Shown here: positions 24,480-37,050 of the stretch, in pieces
Layout of the letters: every line of letters starts with the position of its first letter
How positions within the stretch are numbered: position 1 is the first letter of the stretch
DNA from: Lama glama
Taxonomy: Eukaryota
DNA length: 64,000 bases
Direction: 5' to 3'
Assembly: GCA_028534125.1 (NCBI GenBank)
Contig: CM052820.1
Location: forward strand, 6,634,001-6,698,000
Translations under genes and position numbers: made by a program
Notes under the pieces: model-generated
The model's input: the letters and a program-made list of their open reading frames with translations, nothing else
What the model was told of the DNA's origin: nothing
Database searches by the model: none

Positions 24480-24780
24480 AGCACAGTATGACAGCCTGGA
24501 CTTTGGGGTCAGGTGACCTGGGTTGACATCAAGCTCAAGCCACTGATTGTGTGACCTTGGATAAGTCGCTTAACTTCCAATAAAGACAGCAAATGCTTGT
24601 TTAGTATCTGCTATAAACCAACCTCTTTGCATATATTAACTCATATAAATTCATTTAACCCATATAACCACCCTGGGAGGTAGGCACCACTATTAACCCC
24701 ATTTTATGGATGAGAAAACTGAGGGATGATGGTTAAGGTCAGGGATTAAGATTCTCAATGTGAGCAAGAACATGGAGATT
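24480..24780. mobile_element. Two MIR fragments in opposite orientation
   Basis: + copy: GTGTGACCTTGGATAAGTCGCTTAAC (~24480-24578). - copy: CCCCATTTTATGGATGAGAAAACTGAGG (~24590-24780). Confidence 0.7.
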
Positions 24781-26059
24781 GAAGGTAAGTGGTGGATAAG
24801 ACAAATGACAGAGGAAAAGCAAACAGGACACACCAGGAGATTCTCTTTCTAACCTGCTGTTCTCACTGCTGACCCTGGCCAAGCAGGACAAGTAGAAACC
24901 GGGTGGTTTACCATTTGAATCACTAGTACTGACTAAGAGCTTAAACATGACTTGCACCCCTGTGCAGGGTGTGGGGAAAAGAAAGGAGAAGCCATCATTT
25001 TGGAAACTGAATTGCATCCTGCTTACAGCTACCCTCACTTCAGTATTTCTAGGTGGGTCTGGGAGGCCCTGCCTGTCTGACTGTCCCTATTAGGTGGCAG
25101 TACTGGGTGAGGTGCTGTACACACTGAAGGTCTGTGGCCATGGCAAGGTGGGGACTGGTGTTGGAGGACAACTGGTATCTCAGTGAAAGTCCCCCTTATG
25201 TGAGGGGCTGGGGCAGGGCAAGGGGCTCTGTCTTAGCTCCTGGAACCTTCCATCAACTCCACAAGGACAAGGGCATCTGAGTTAGCCTGTCAGCAGGAGG
25301 GAGCTCAGGGACCAAGACTTCCAGGCACTGGGATGACTTGGGGGGTGGGGGTGGACAAAGTTCAACCTCTGAGAGCAGATAAGAGGGGAAGGGGTCAGAA
25401 TACAGAAAAAGAAGGCACAGCTGACAAAGATGCACTTGGAGAAAGCGCCCTTTCACAACAGCTGGGCTCCCCCGTTCCTACTTAGGAAACAAGCTAATGC
25501 GCCTGGGAGGGGCTAAAGACGGTGGCACTCAAAAGGATCTAGGGTCTTTCCCTCCCACTCCCCTCCGGGAGAGGGCTCTGGGCCTCCGTCTATCTCCGCC
25601 TTACCCTTCATCCTTCTTCCACTCTCACCAACGGATCTTTAGCCATTTGAGGCTGCCTCCAGTGCGGCTGTTGGGAGGGGACCCGCCAGGGCTTCCAAAT
25701 CCCCCACAGAACCAGACATCCCTTTAATCCAGGACCCCCTCCTCTGCCCAGACGCCCCACTCACCCCTGGACCAGTCTGGAGGCCACCCTAGGAGTCTGG
25801 CTTCTCTAGGAGGGCTTAGGAAGTCTCACTCGGAAGCAGTATTTCTTACACTTTTCCCGCCAACATGACCAGGTAATAGCTGGGAGTCTCCGCTGGTGCG
25901 CAGACATGTACAAAATGAATGCAGCTTAGCGCGGACAGGATCCAGCTGCAGACAGTCCCCACGGGGCACATGGGGATCCCGTGCCTGTCCTCACTCTCTC
26001 GAACACCGTCCCCGTATCTCCCACCTCCCCCTTTCTGCCTGCCTATCTCCCCTTCCTTC

Positions 26060-27400
26060 CTGACGGCGGGGAGCGGATTCCAGAAGCACAGAGGAGCCCC
26101 CCGCGCTCTGCTGCTTACTGCCCGAGAATGTGCCCACTTTCCCGTGGGGGCGGGTGCGTTCTGCCTGGCAGCTGCCCGTGCGCAGAGGGGACACACGACG
26201 ATCTCAGGTTGTGCCGAGCGGAGCGCGCGCGCCTGGGTGCCCCTCCGCGGTGGGGACGACCGGGTCTCCAACCGCGACTGCGCCGGCTGCCCCTCGGGAG
26301 AAACGTGAGGCCCGAACACAAGCTGGAGGCAGAGGCGGCCGGGCTCTGCAGACACTGCACCCGCCTGACCCCCGCCCCGCAACGTGCAGTCCCGGGAAGG
26401 AGTCTGGGCGCCAAAAGCGCCTCAGGAAGCGCGGAGGCGCTCGGGCTGGGTGACGGTCGACTTTGCGCACAAATATAGGGCTCGGGGGGGCCGCAGGCCT
26501 CCGCGGCGGGGACAGGACGGACGGAGCGGTGCGAATGGAGAGAGCTCGGCTCTCCGCAGGGGATCTCGGGGTCCCGCGGAGGACGCAGGAGCCAGAGGCG
26601 GGGAGGGGGCTCCGCCAGGCTCCAGTTGAGCCCTGGAAAAACCCCGGCGCGCGGGGGAGAGGCGGGCCAGGTTGCAGGCACGGCCGGGAACGGCGGGAAC
26701 AAAGACGGCCCGCGGCCGGATGCAGTCATGGAAAAACCCATCGGGGCGCCGCGGCGGGGGCGGCAGGGGAGGGGCGGCGCGCGCCAGCAGCCTTGCCACC
26801 CTCGCCGGCCAGCCTGGACTGGGCTGCTGCCGGACTCCGCCCCGGAGCGCTCCTCGCGGGCGGAGGGGAGGCTCGCGAAAACAGAAAATACCGGTCGGGG
26901 AGGGAAGGCCTGAGGGCCGAGAACCAGAAACCCCCTGGCTCCTGGTGCTGAGCGCCTGCCGGCCCACCCGCGGTGCACGCCCCGTGCTCTCCACCGGGAG
27001 GGGAGGGTGGCCAGGCTGCCGCACGTCGGGTACACGCGACGCTGCACACGGCCACTTGGCAGCTGCTGCAGCGGGTGGTGGCTGGCCCATAGGGGGCGCG
27101 CACAGACCCCGGCAATGGCGCGGACGCGTGTGCGGCGGCTCACAGGCTCCTGCACACACATGATCACTTCCACGCACGTGCGTCCAGACACGCTAGCTGC
27201 CCCCAGCTCCCAGGACAGAAGGGAAGCGTCCGACCCGGGGAGGGGGGCGAATTAGTTACTCGTTAGGCAGCCCCCGGGGCTAGTGACAGACCCTCAGGAG
27301 CTGGGTAGGGGGTCTTAGAAAATGCTGAGGTTAGGGCCCCCTTTACAGGTGCGTGCGCAGGGTTCGTCCCAGGGCTGGCGTTTCCCTCCTGTGCAGGACT
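26060..27400. promoter_or_regulatory. Orphan CpG island 1
   Basis: Very GC-rich and CpG-dense compared with the CpG-depleted flanks. Several GC boxes and an E-box palindrome ACGCACGTGCGT at 27172-27183. No recognisable coding exon. Confidence 0.85.
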
Positions 27401-28281
27401 GCCCGCCCTGTCCTTGTTTTACAAACCTGCCTAAGACCCGGCGTAAGGACTATTTTTTTTTTCTTTAGAAAAGGAAAGTGTTGGCGCGAGTTGGACTCTG
27501 TGACTCCTGAGGCTTTTTCCAGTTATGACTTATTATGAAGAAGGAACTGGACCCAGAGGCCATAAAAGGAGTTGGTGGGACTGAGAAAAAAACATTGGTG
27601 CCTGGTTTGGCCTCAGCCGCAGGCTCAAATGTCCCCTTGTTTATTTGTGCTGCCGCCTGCTTTGGGGTGCCTTGAGACAAAACCTGAACCCCTGGGGTCC
27701 CTGCTGTGTGGAGGGGATGTAGAGTAGGACATAGTTCTGGGGGCCCAGAGCCAGATTCTGGAGCAGAGGAGACCCTGGATTCTGCCCGAATGAGGAGTCT
27801 GCTGGGTTGGGGTGGCAGATGGGGGTTCTTGTTCAAGAAGAGGGCTGACTTTATGAGGCCTGGCTGTTGGAACTGTTGTGGGAAGATAGTTGTGGTGGGG
27901 GTTCTAGCCGCTATTCACAATACAGGGTCAACAGAAGCAAGTACACCAGCGACAGGCCAGGGCCAAATGAAAGGGCATCTCCTCGTGGTCCCTTTGTGAA
28001 CTGAGGCTGGAATCAAATGACCCACCCCTGCTGCCTCTCCCTTACTTCTTGATTTGGGGGATCTTATCCAACATCTTTGGGCCTCAAATTCTTTGTCTGT
28101 AAAATGGGAACAAAAACTCCTCTATAGGGCTATTTTGGGGATTGAAAGGGGTATAAGTCTCCTATCCTGCCTTCCCTCCTTTTTCCACTCCTCAAAGTCT
28201 CTGGTGCTTGCTCATTAGGACTCCTAACAAGTCCTAGTTTCCCGAGAGCAGGTGGGGTCCAGTGGGACGAAGGCTGGGGAG

Positions 28282-28297
28282 CAGCGCCCCCTGGTGG
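28282..28297 (-). promoter_or_regulatory. CTCF binding motif
   Basis: Reverse complement reads CCACCAGGGGGCGCTG, essentially the CTCF core consensus. Confidence 0.75.
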
Positions 28298-28839
28298 TGA
28301 TATCGGGAGGACTCGGTCAGTCCGTGAGGACACGCCCGGGCTAACCTGCTTGGCGCCTGATGGCGTTTGGCAAGTTAGGGTCTCCGTGGCTGATCTTGGG
28401 GCTCCACGCAGGGAGGCTTTTCTTTCTTGCTTCAGTTACCACCTTAAGCAAGCAGAGAGAATTCTGCTTTTCCACAGCAGCCTTTTCTCTGCCCTCTGAC
28501 AACCCAGCTTCTCCGTTTTTAACAGGTTTCTCTCACTTCTGTCCCGCAGGAATCCATTTAGCATTTATACTGTACTTAACAACTTACAAGCACTTTGACA
28601 CACGTTACTTGTCCCTAAGGTGTGCTGTTTCTGGATGGTGACGGTGCTAGATGGATAAAGGATCGTGGTTTGGAGCGTGGCTGGGGCACAGTGGGCTGAT
28701 TTGGATCCTGCCTCCTCCATCCAGCTGTGTAACCAGGGTGACGTTCAAAACATTGAATAACCGGTAAGACTGGCAGCGACCAATCAGAGCAGACCCTGCC
28801 CTAAACACCAGGTACAGCCAAATGTGTGTTCCTGCTGAA

Positions 28840-29015
28840 GATTCTGGAATAATCTCAACCTCACCAGGCCTTGGTTTCTCTATCTGCAATATGGACACAG
28901 TGACCCTAATAGTACCATTTTATAGGGCTGTTGTGAAGACTAAATTAGTTAGCGCATGTAAAAGGTTGAGAAACCATTTTCTGCACACAGAAAGCACCCA
29001 GGAAGAGTTAACTTT
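28840..29015 (+). mobile_element. MIR SINE fragment
   Basis: GCCTTGGTTTCTCTATCTGCAATATGG...ATAGGGCTGTTGTGAAGACTAAAT...GCATGTAAAAG. Confidence 0.7.
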
Positions 29016-29177
29016 ATTACTAATCCATCCCTTCTCAGACTCAGTGACTCAGGGTGACTGGCACTCTTAGGGGAGACTCCCCAGATGAACCCACAATATG
29101 CACCTGGGCTGGCCTCCTGGCTCACCTCCTACCTTGCACACCTCCTTGTCTAGCCCTCAAGGTATTCTGCTCTCTAG

Positions 29178-29325
29178 AAGTGCTTCTCAAACCTGACCAC
29201 ATATCTGAATTCCTGGGAGGCCTTGTTAAATTGCAGATTCTAATTGAGGACGGCTGCGTAGGGCCTGGGAGTCTGTATTTCCTATGAGCTCCCAAGTGGT
29301 GCTGATGCTGGTCTAAGAAGCAAGA
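29178..29325. mobile_element. MER5A-like hAT-Charlie fragment
   Basis: AGTGCTTCTCAAAC...CCTGGGAGGCCTTGTTAAATTGCAGATTCT...AGCTCCCAAGTGGTGCTGATGCTG. Confidence 0.65.
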
Positions 29326-30368
29326 CTCCGATAGATCATTGCAGAATCAGAAGTATCAGCTGATCGATCTGCAAATGTCTGTTGAGCACCTGCTCAGTGC
29401 AAGGCTGTGTTAAGGACCCAAATGGGCTAAGGGCTGGGTTCCAACCTCAAGCAACAGACAGGTTATCACACAAACGCAGGTTAAAACTAACAATCAGGCC
29501 AAAGGGCTAAAGTGTGCCGAACAGGAGGTGCGTACTGTGAATCCTTTTCTTCCCCGCAGCCAAAGTGATGCTTTAAACAGGTAAAGATCTTCACTTTGGC
29601 CAAGGCGTTTCATTTCCTTCAATTGAGGTGATCTCTAGAGAGGGCTGACAGCTGAGGGTCCTGGTGTCTGCAGCCAGCACCCCCTGCACTGGAATACCCC
29701 CCTGCAAGGGGCCTGGATGGGACAGCACAGTTCCCACACAGTGGTGGGGGGCTCGCTTTGCCAGGAGGGTAGGGTTCAAATAGGCTGGTGGAGGGAGCCC
29801 AATAGACGGGTTTGCAGGGCCTGATCCCCGGGTGGAGATGAACCAGATGGGCTGAGGCAGTTCTCTCTCCTGGTTCCCTGAGGACAGAGAGGGATGAATC
29901 ATGGTTGTGATGTAGACCTTAGGAGGCCACAGACACGTCCTTAATTTTTGTTCTTATATATTGTTTTAGTGTTGGTCATTGCCAAAGTGTCTCATCAGTC
30001 AGCCGCTATACTTCATAGTTCATCATCTTATGTAGCTGACCCTCAGATACTTTGTCAAGAACAAATGTTCTTTGGCTGAAAATAGAGACCCAAACATCCA
30101 GCGTTTGCAGAAATGATCATTTCTGGAAGTGTTCTGTGGTTCTGGTTCTTTGACTAAAAAGCACTAGGCACATCCCCCCCCCCGCCCCCCACCATGTGAT
30201 ATCTGGTGGGCCTCCTTGGATGCCCAGATTGTGCAGAATGGATGGGTAGGACAGTGGTCCAGAAAGCAGCTAGCAGCACCATGGGGAGAGGTCAGCAGAT
30301 AGACCCTGAGAGGGAACAGGTGGGCTGTGCTGAGGAAGGAGGCTTACTTGGTGTCGAGGACGCACCAG

Positions 30369-30524
30369 CTGGGCTGGCTTCATGAGCCTGCAACCTCTGC
30401 TGTTCCACAGGGCCCCATGCTTGGTTTAGTGCTTTGTGGTCACTGGACAGTCTTGGTACTTTTCTAACAAGGAGCCTTCCATTTTCATTCTGCCCTGGGC
30501 CCCATAAATTATGTTGCTGGTTCT
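30369..30524. mobile_element. MER91A-like hAT-Tip100 MITE
   Basis: GGGCTGGCTTCATGAGCCTGCAACCT...CACAGGGCCCC...ATTTTCATTCTGCCCTGGGCCCCATAAATTATGTTGCTGGTTCTG. Confidence 0.65.
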
Positions 30525-31619
30525 GTTCACCAGCTCTGGTTCCAAGGCCCAGGGCCTGTTCCCGAGGGATCATATTGGAGACACTGAGGAATTGGGGGGC
30601 GGCAGGGAGGAGATAGGCCTGGATGAATACTTAAACAGGTCCTATATGTGAGACTGGGATCATGGAGCCTGCTTCACCCAGAGGGGAGGAGAAGATGAGG
30701 GCTGGCGACTTTTCTCAACTGAGACCAGACTGTGGAGAGTCACTGCCTGGGAAAGCCAGCTCCTGGGCTACTCTTCGTGAGATGCCAGATGCCTCCTGCC
30801 CTCTGAGCCCCTGGTCAGCTGTCAGACTGTTCACAGGGATGGGGCAGATGCCTTGGTTGGGTAGCACAGGCAGAGCAGGAGCACGCCCTGGCTCCTGGGC
30901 CGACAGCTGGTCTGGGATGTCGATGCTGGGCCCATTCTCTGTGGCCTGGGTTCAGATATCTGTGTCCCCAGTCCAGCCATTGGGCAGGGGGAGGCTCCAG
31001 GGAGCCAGATTGTGAGAGGCATGGATGTAACCCTGTTGTGACAGGTGCCATTAGGAAGGAGGAGCCTGAGAGGCCTGGATAGACCACCTCCCTTAAGTCC
31101 TGAGACTCAGTTACGGTGCCGAGTCCTGAGAGGTCCCCCAGGTGGGCCGGGGCCAGCACTCAGGCCCAAATTTAGGTCATTGCTGTGTCTTTGCACACCT
31201 GATGTTCTTCCTGCTCCTGTTGTGTCTTGTCCCTCACCTTATTCCACTCCTGGTTCGAACATTACCCTGTCTCCTCTGTGACTGATGCCACCTCAGTTTG
31301 TTTACACAAGTACTTGTCACTTTTGGTCTCTTGCAGTTTACTCTTAGTGGGCAGGACTGAGGCCTGTTCCCTACCTTGTCCTGCAGTCATTTCTGAGCAA
31401 GGGGCCTCTCATCTTATTTCTGCATTGTGGCCTCCAAATTATAAAGCCGATCTGCTCACCAGGGCAGGGAGGACAGGTATGGAGGCTCTGGAGATGAGAA
31501 CCTGACAAGGGGTTCTGAGTGCTGGAGGCGTCTCGCAGCTCTGAAAGGGCAGCAAATGTCCACAGTCCCATGGGAAGGCCGTGCTGAGAGTCCCATGAGA
31601 GCCTACTGTGTGCTAGTGA

Positions 31620-32350
31620 GGGTGACAGTGCGGGCCGGGCTGCTACAAACAGAAGCGCTTTTCTTCCAGGAGCTTACCCAGGAGAGCGTTTACAAGTAGG
31701 ACAAAGCCTGGAGGTCCAGGGGCCTCCCCAGCAGGAGTGGGGAGAAAACCGGGGCGGCAGGGAGAGGAGGAGGGGCGTCCTGCTTTGGGCGCAGACCCCG
31801 CCCCGCCTGGGTCACGGGCCTCCGAGGGCTGAAAGGGCCTCTGTGTTCCGTCCCCCGCCTGCCCCCGGGCCAAGAGCGCATTTCCTCAGCTGCGCCAGAC
31901 CCCGGAGGCTCCGCAGACCCTCTGGGGACAGACACAAATAGTTCCCGGCCCAGCTGCCCGGCCAGTTACCTTGGGAACCAAACTCAATCGCCTGACGTCA
32001 CCGGGCCGTTGCGTAGCAACCGGCAGAGACTCTCCCTCCAGCTCTCCCCGCCTGCGCGGTGAGGTCGCCGTCGCCGAGGAGACTGCCGGACTGGGCAGGG
32101 CGGAGGATGCCCCCGCCCGGCCACTCCGTCCCCGTCGCCCCTAGCCCGCCAGGCCGCGCCCTCTGTTCCGCCCCGGGGCGGCGGCCCCGATCCCGGAACA
32201 GCTCCTCCCCGAGACGGAAGGGGACCATCCTCGGCGGAGGAAACGGCGCCGCCTGGCCTCGGACCGGCTGGCGAGGGCCCCGGGGTGGCCTAAGCGCACC
32301 CCGCAGCCAGCCAGGATTTCTCTCGCAGAGAGAGGCCTTTGTTCACCGTC
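31620..32350. promoter_or_regulatory. Orphan CpG island 2 with X-box/CRE/X-box core
   Basis: CpG-dense. GTTACCTTGGGAAC 31965-31978, TGACGTCA 31993-32000, GTTGCGTAGCAAC 32008-32020; GC boxes on both sides. Confidence 0.85.
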
Positions 32351-34266
32351 ACCCATCTGACTGTCCCTTTTCAGTTCCAGTCTCGTTTCTCACCAGGCCC
32401 CAACCTGGGCTCCTGCTCTGGTTACAAGGAGCAGGTGGCAGCATGGGGCGTTTCCACTCCCCTCCCTTCCAGTCGCCCAGGACATTTCAGCCCCGCTTGG
32501 CCACCTGCCTTGGGGGAGGAGACTGCTCACGCCACTCTGCTCCGATCCCTGGTTCCTCCTCCACTCCTAAGCCTTCCCGTGGCATCTGTGCTGTGACATT
32601 CACCTCTATGCATGTAGTGCCGGGTGTGGTTTGGCAAAGCCACCCCTGGGTGGTGGGCGTGGGGAGGGAGGGGCCTACCTGACCACTTCGCATAGTTTCT
32701 GGCATGGGTGTTCTGAGGCTGCTGCATCTCCCTGCCCGTCTCTGTTTTACACCATAGCTGCATCCCAACACCCAGAATCATTCAGGGGCCCGCAGCCACC
32801 TGCCACCAGGCCCTTCCCCACCCATCTTTGGCCAAGGGTAATCCTAACTATTACTTCTCGCTAGAGGACCTCAGTTGTCCTTATTCACGTTCAGGGTGGT
32901 GGAGGCCGTCTGTAGGAGGTGTTTCTCCTCATCAAAAACTGCTTTTGACAAGCACTAATACAATGCAGGTGATCAGAAACATAACCAGGTGTTTAGGTGA
33001 ATCCTATTTTCTCATTGATCGATGTTTAAAATTCAGAGATCCAAAGGAATAAATTTTAGTCTGTGGAACTGAAGGGAGAACACTTCAGAATGCCTCAGAT
33101 CTTTCCAAGGCACATTGTTAAGGAAAGTTCTGACTATAGGCAGAATATTCACAGACAAGCTTATGCATGTGGTGGTGGACACTCCCCAGGGCTTAGAGCC
33201 CTAGGATTGGGCTCTGTGTGGCCTTGTGCAAACATCCAACCTCATCTGGAGTCTTGGCCTGGTTTTGTTTGAAAGACGACCTTTTATCTACTGGGGAGCC
33301 TTCAGATACAGGGCTATGCCATGTACAGTGGGAGACCCAGGGGAGCCAGGAGAGGACAAGTTGCCTGGCTCCCTCCTTCCCCTCTCTGAGAGGGGCGTGG
33401 CTCAGGGTGCTCAGAGCTGCTTGCTCAGAGAGGTACCAGGCACACTGGACGAGGGAGGCCATTCCAACATGTGATCTAGGCCAGGCCAAGCGGAGTCCCT
33501 CACCTTGGGATTTATCAGATTGGAGCAGGGAAACAGACCTTTCCTCTTGGTCTTAGAAGTGCAAGCCTGTGGGCCTGAGCCTCCAGGAGCCACATCCCCC
33601 ACAAGGAGCAGAAGCCTGGAGGAGAGGCAGAGTTGCCATGGGAGGTAGAGGACACAGCGATGGAGGTACCCTGACAGCTTTGAGTCCCTGACACCAGGTG
33701 TCTCCAAAGCCAGTTCCTTCCCAGCCCTTTTCTGCCCAGTCCATCAATCTGTGGGGTTTTGTCATTTCCAGTTAAGAGACTTCTGACCAATAATAGACAG
33801 TGCAGAAAACCCTCAGGAAGGAAGAAAACTGACATTTGTTACACACCTACTGTTAAATGCTTACTTGTTTCCTTCCTTCCTCTCTCTCTCTCTCTTTCTT
33901 TCATGCATTCTTGACCCTAGCATCCCTGGGAGGTATTTTATAGATGAAGAAATGGAGATTTGGCCCTCACCTAGGACCATAGTGCAGGTTCAAAGGATAC
34001 ATCCCATCCAGAGACTCCACGGCCAAGCCCTACCCTTGAAGGCCTTTGCCCTGGCTGGGTCCTTCTTAGAGGACGCTGGGCCTTCTGGAGCTGAGTCTTG
34101 GAGCACTGTTATGCAAATATTGCCATGATGTTAGGCTCCAGCAGCTACTCCAGTTGGAAGGTGTTTGCCCTTCTGCCCTCCTGCCCTTGTTCCTAAAAGC
34201 TTCCTAGGGATGTTTCCAGCCTGAGTCAGCTCAGCTGGTGGTATCTCGGGTTATGTTCTGAACCCC

Positions 34267-35069
34267 TGTGACATAATAAGAAATATATATTGATTTCTGC
34301 CCCTGATTCCTGGCACAGAGTTTCTAAAACCCTTGGAATTTCTTGAATGGTAGGGGTGAGAGAAGCCTCTTTTGTTATTCATAATAAGCCCTTTTCAACC
34401 ATACCTGAGTTGTACTAGGAAGGGACTCTTGGAGGAAGTCACCAGAGGAACCACCATGGGATTAGAGGGTTGGAACTTAAGCCCCACTCCCACCTCTGGG
34501 GCAAGGAGAGGGCCTGGAGATGGCGTTAATCACCAGTGGCCTATGATTTATTTCATCAGTCATGCCTACATAATGAAACTTTTATAAACCCCCTAAACAA
34601 TGGGGTGCAGTTTACTTGTGGGTTGGTGAATGCATTGGTGAATGCATCCATGTGCCAGGAGGGTGTTCTATCCCAGCTCCACAGAAACAGAAGGTCCTGT
34701 GCTCCAGCTCTTTCTGGACCTCACCATTGTACCTCTTCATCTGTATCCTTTATAATATCCTTTATAATAAACTGGCAACTGTGAGTTTATTGCCCTGAGT
34801 TCTGTGAGCTGTTATAACAAATTATCCAACCTGAGGAGGGAGTNNNNNNNNNNNNNNNNNNNNNNNNNNNNNNNNNNNNNNNNNNNNNNNNNNNNNNNNN
34901 NNNNNNNNNNNNNNNNNNNNNNNNNNNNNNNNNNNNNNNNNNNNNNNNNNNNNNNNNNNNNNNNNNNNNNNNNNNNNNNNNNNNNNNNNNNNNNNNNNNN
35001 NCAGGTGGTGTTCGCAAAGGCTGGAGCATTGCTTGGTGTGGAAAACTCATACATTTGGTGTCAGAAGTG
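34267..35069 (+). mobile_element. MER21-like LTR followed by a tRNA-Leu primer-binding-site-like sequence
   Basis: TGTGACATAATAAGAAATATATAT...CCTGGCACAGAG...AAAACCCTTGGAATTTC; internal AATAAA ~34766; ends ...ACA at 35053, then TGGTGTCAGAAGTG 35056-35069. Contains an N-run at 34844-35001. Confidence 0.7.
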
Positions 35070-35168
35070 TTGTGAGTAGACAAACTGTTTTCTCAAATCC
35101 TCAAGTGTGCGTCCTCACGGCTGAGATGCGGTCTGGGGCCCTCCTGGTGCAGGCAGTGTGCCCTCCTG

Positions 35169-35182
35169 CCAGCAGAGGGCGC
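35169..35182 (+). promoter_or_regulatory. CTCF binding motif
   Basis: CCAGCAGAGGGCGC core, preceded by GCAGTGTGCC, which resembles the CTCF upstream module. Confidence 0.7.
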
Positions 35183-36829
35183 CTTCCCATTCTTAGGGAC
35201 TGGAAGCTCAAGATCCAGGACCAGAGGGTCCAGTTTTTCATTTAAATATTTAAATATATACTTAAGAGCTCAGTTTACTTCCACATTTTATCGCACCTGG
35301 CTGAGGGGACTGCTCTTATCCGTGATCTCTTTCTGGAGACACTATTTCCTGGAAAGAATCTGCCTCACCCAGACAACCCTATAAACTTGACTGCAGTACA
35401 TGCTGACTTTTAACTAATTAGCCAAGTGGCCATAGTCTAAACAACAATATTGTCCTCACAAAACAAGTAAAAACAGTGACAGAGATTTAATTTTTTCTTT
35501 TTACTGTTCTCTAAGTGGCCTCCCATTTCTAACTTTTCTTACAACAAAGATACTTTTTAAAAGTTCTTGAACTTTTTCCATTCTTTGAACTTGGAGTCCC
35601 CTCCTTTCCCACAAACACACACACATCTCAGATGCGAAAAAACAACAGCCTCTGGTCACAGGTTGGGTTCTCCGGGATGCAGGTGCTGAGCCAGGAGAGT
35701 GAAGCCAGAGTGGGTGGATGGGGAATGGAGCCTGTGATGCAGACCCCATATCACTCTGGTCAGCCCCATGGGCAGCACTCTGGTCCTAGAGTTGTCCCAC
35801 ACTGGCCTAGGACACTGGGGCCTTAGACTCCTGTGTAGACCAGTTACTGAAATGGGCCACTTGGGAGGCATGACCTTGGGCAAGGCAGCTCTCAAAAGGG
35901 GCTGGTGCTGAAGGTTGTCCACTGACAGCACTGAGCTAATGGAACACGTCCTTCATTGGTGGGGGATTGGGCGGCCCATCACAGTGTCCGCCCCCCCCCC
36001 CATGGGTGGAAGGCACAGTGTTCCTCTGCCATCTGCCAGGACTTGTCACTGGCCTTCCTTTAGCCATGCTCCTGCCGGGCTCAGGTGTTAGGATGTTACA
36101 TCTACCCCATGGCTCTTAGACCAGTCTAAATGTTTCTTTAAGCAGAACCTCTGCTTACTGGCCAGTCTCTCAGTGGCAGGACACACACCCCAAAAGATGG
36201 TTGGTAATCACAGAGAAACACTGATGGTTGATGTTAACTCTAACATATAAACAAGAAGGGGTGAGGAGGAGCCAGCTTTGTTGGAGTGAATTCATAATTT
36301 TGTTGGGCCTCAATTCTCAACACCAGCAAGTACTCCGCATACAGCCACCCTGTTACCCTGACGACTGCACATTCTTTTTCCCCTTACAGACCACCTTCTT
36401 TCCCTACTAACTAACTATCTCTCTCCATAATTTAATAGTTGTTCAATTTTTATCCATTCAACATGGTGGCCCATGTGCCCCTGTGGGGCCGGGTCACTCC
36501 CACTTGCTCATGGCTCTGTGTCTTATGAATTGCTTCCTCTTGCCTGTAAAACAGGGCATTTCCCCCAGCGCCTGTCTCTAGGTCTTTCCTTCCTCACTCT
36601 GGCCAGAACTGGGGTGTACCTACTTCTCTCCACGTTGGACTCCTCAGCCCTGAGTGTACAGCCCTGACCTTCCGCCCAGATGCAGTAGCACCTGGATGTC
36701 TGGGGTCCCACCTGCAGAGATGTGTTGCCAGGCATATTTGCCAACAGCAAAGAGGAAGGCTGGGAGCAAGCAGGGAAAGTCTGTCGTTGGCACATAGCTC
36801 CGCAGAACCCTTCTGTCCTAATAATCACT

Positions 36830-37050
36830 GTGATCGCTAACACTCACATAGCACTCAGCCACAGGCCAGGCACTGTTCTAAGCATTTGACTCATTTAATC
36901 CTCACAATGGCCCGATGTGGTAGATTATCATCATTTTACAGATGATAAAACTGAAGAACAGGGAGATGAAAGTAACACAGCTAGTAGGAGATAAAGCCAG
37001 GTTGAAGGTAACCTGGACCCCAAGGCTATGCTCCTTACAACTCTGCTGGC
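36830..37050 (-). mobile_element. MIR SINE
   Basis: GCCAGGCACTGTTCTAAGCA...CTCATTTAATCCTCACAA...CATTTTACAGATGATAAAACTGA. Confidence 0.8.

Noticed and set aside
26115-27191. 358-aa and other long overlapping ORFs in CpG island 1
   Set aside because: Low-complexity R/G/P/A content, open frames on both strands and no recognisable domain; expected from stop-codon scarcity in GC-rich DNA.
32059-32682. 207-aa ORF in CpG island 2
   Set aside because: Non-ATG start, GC-driven composition and no recognisable homology.
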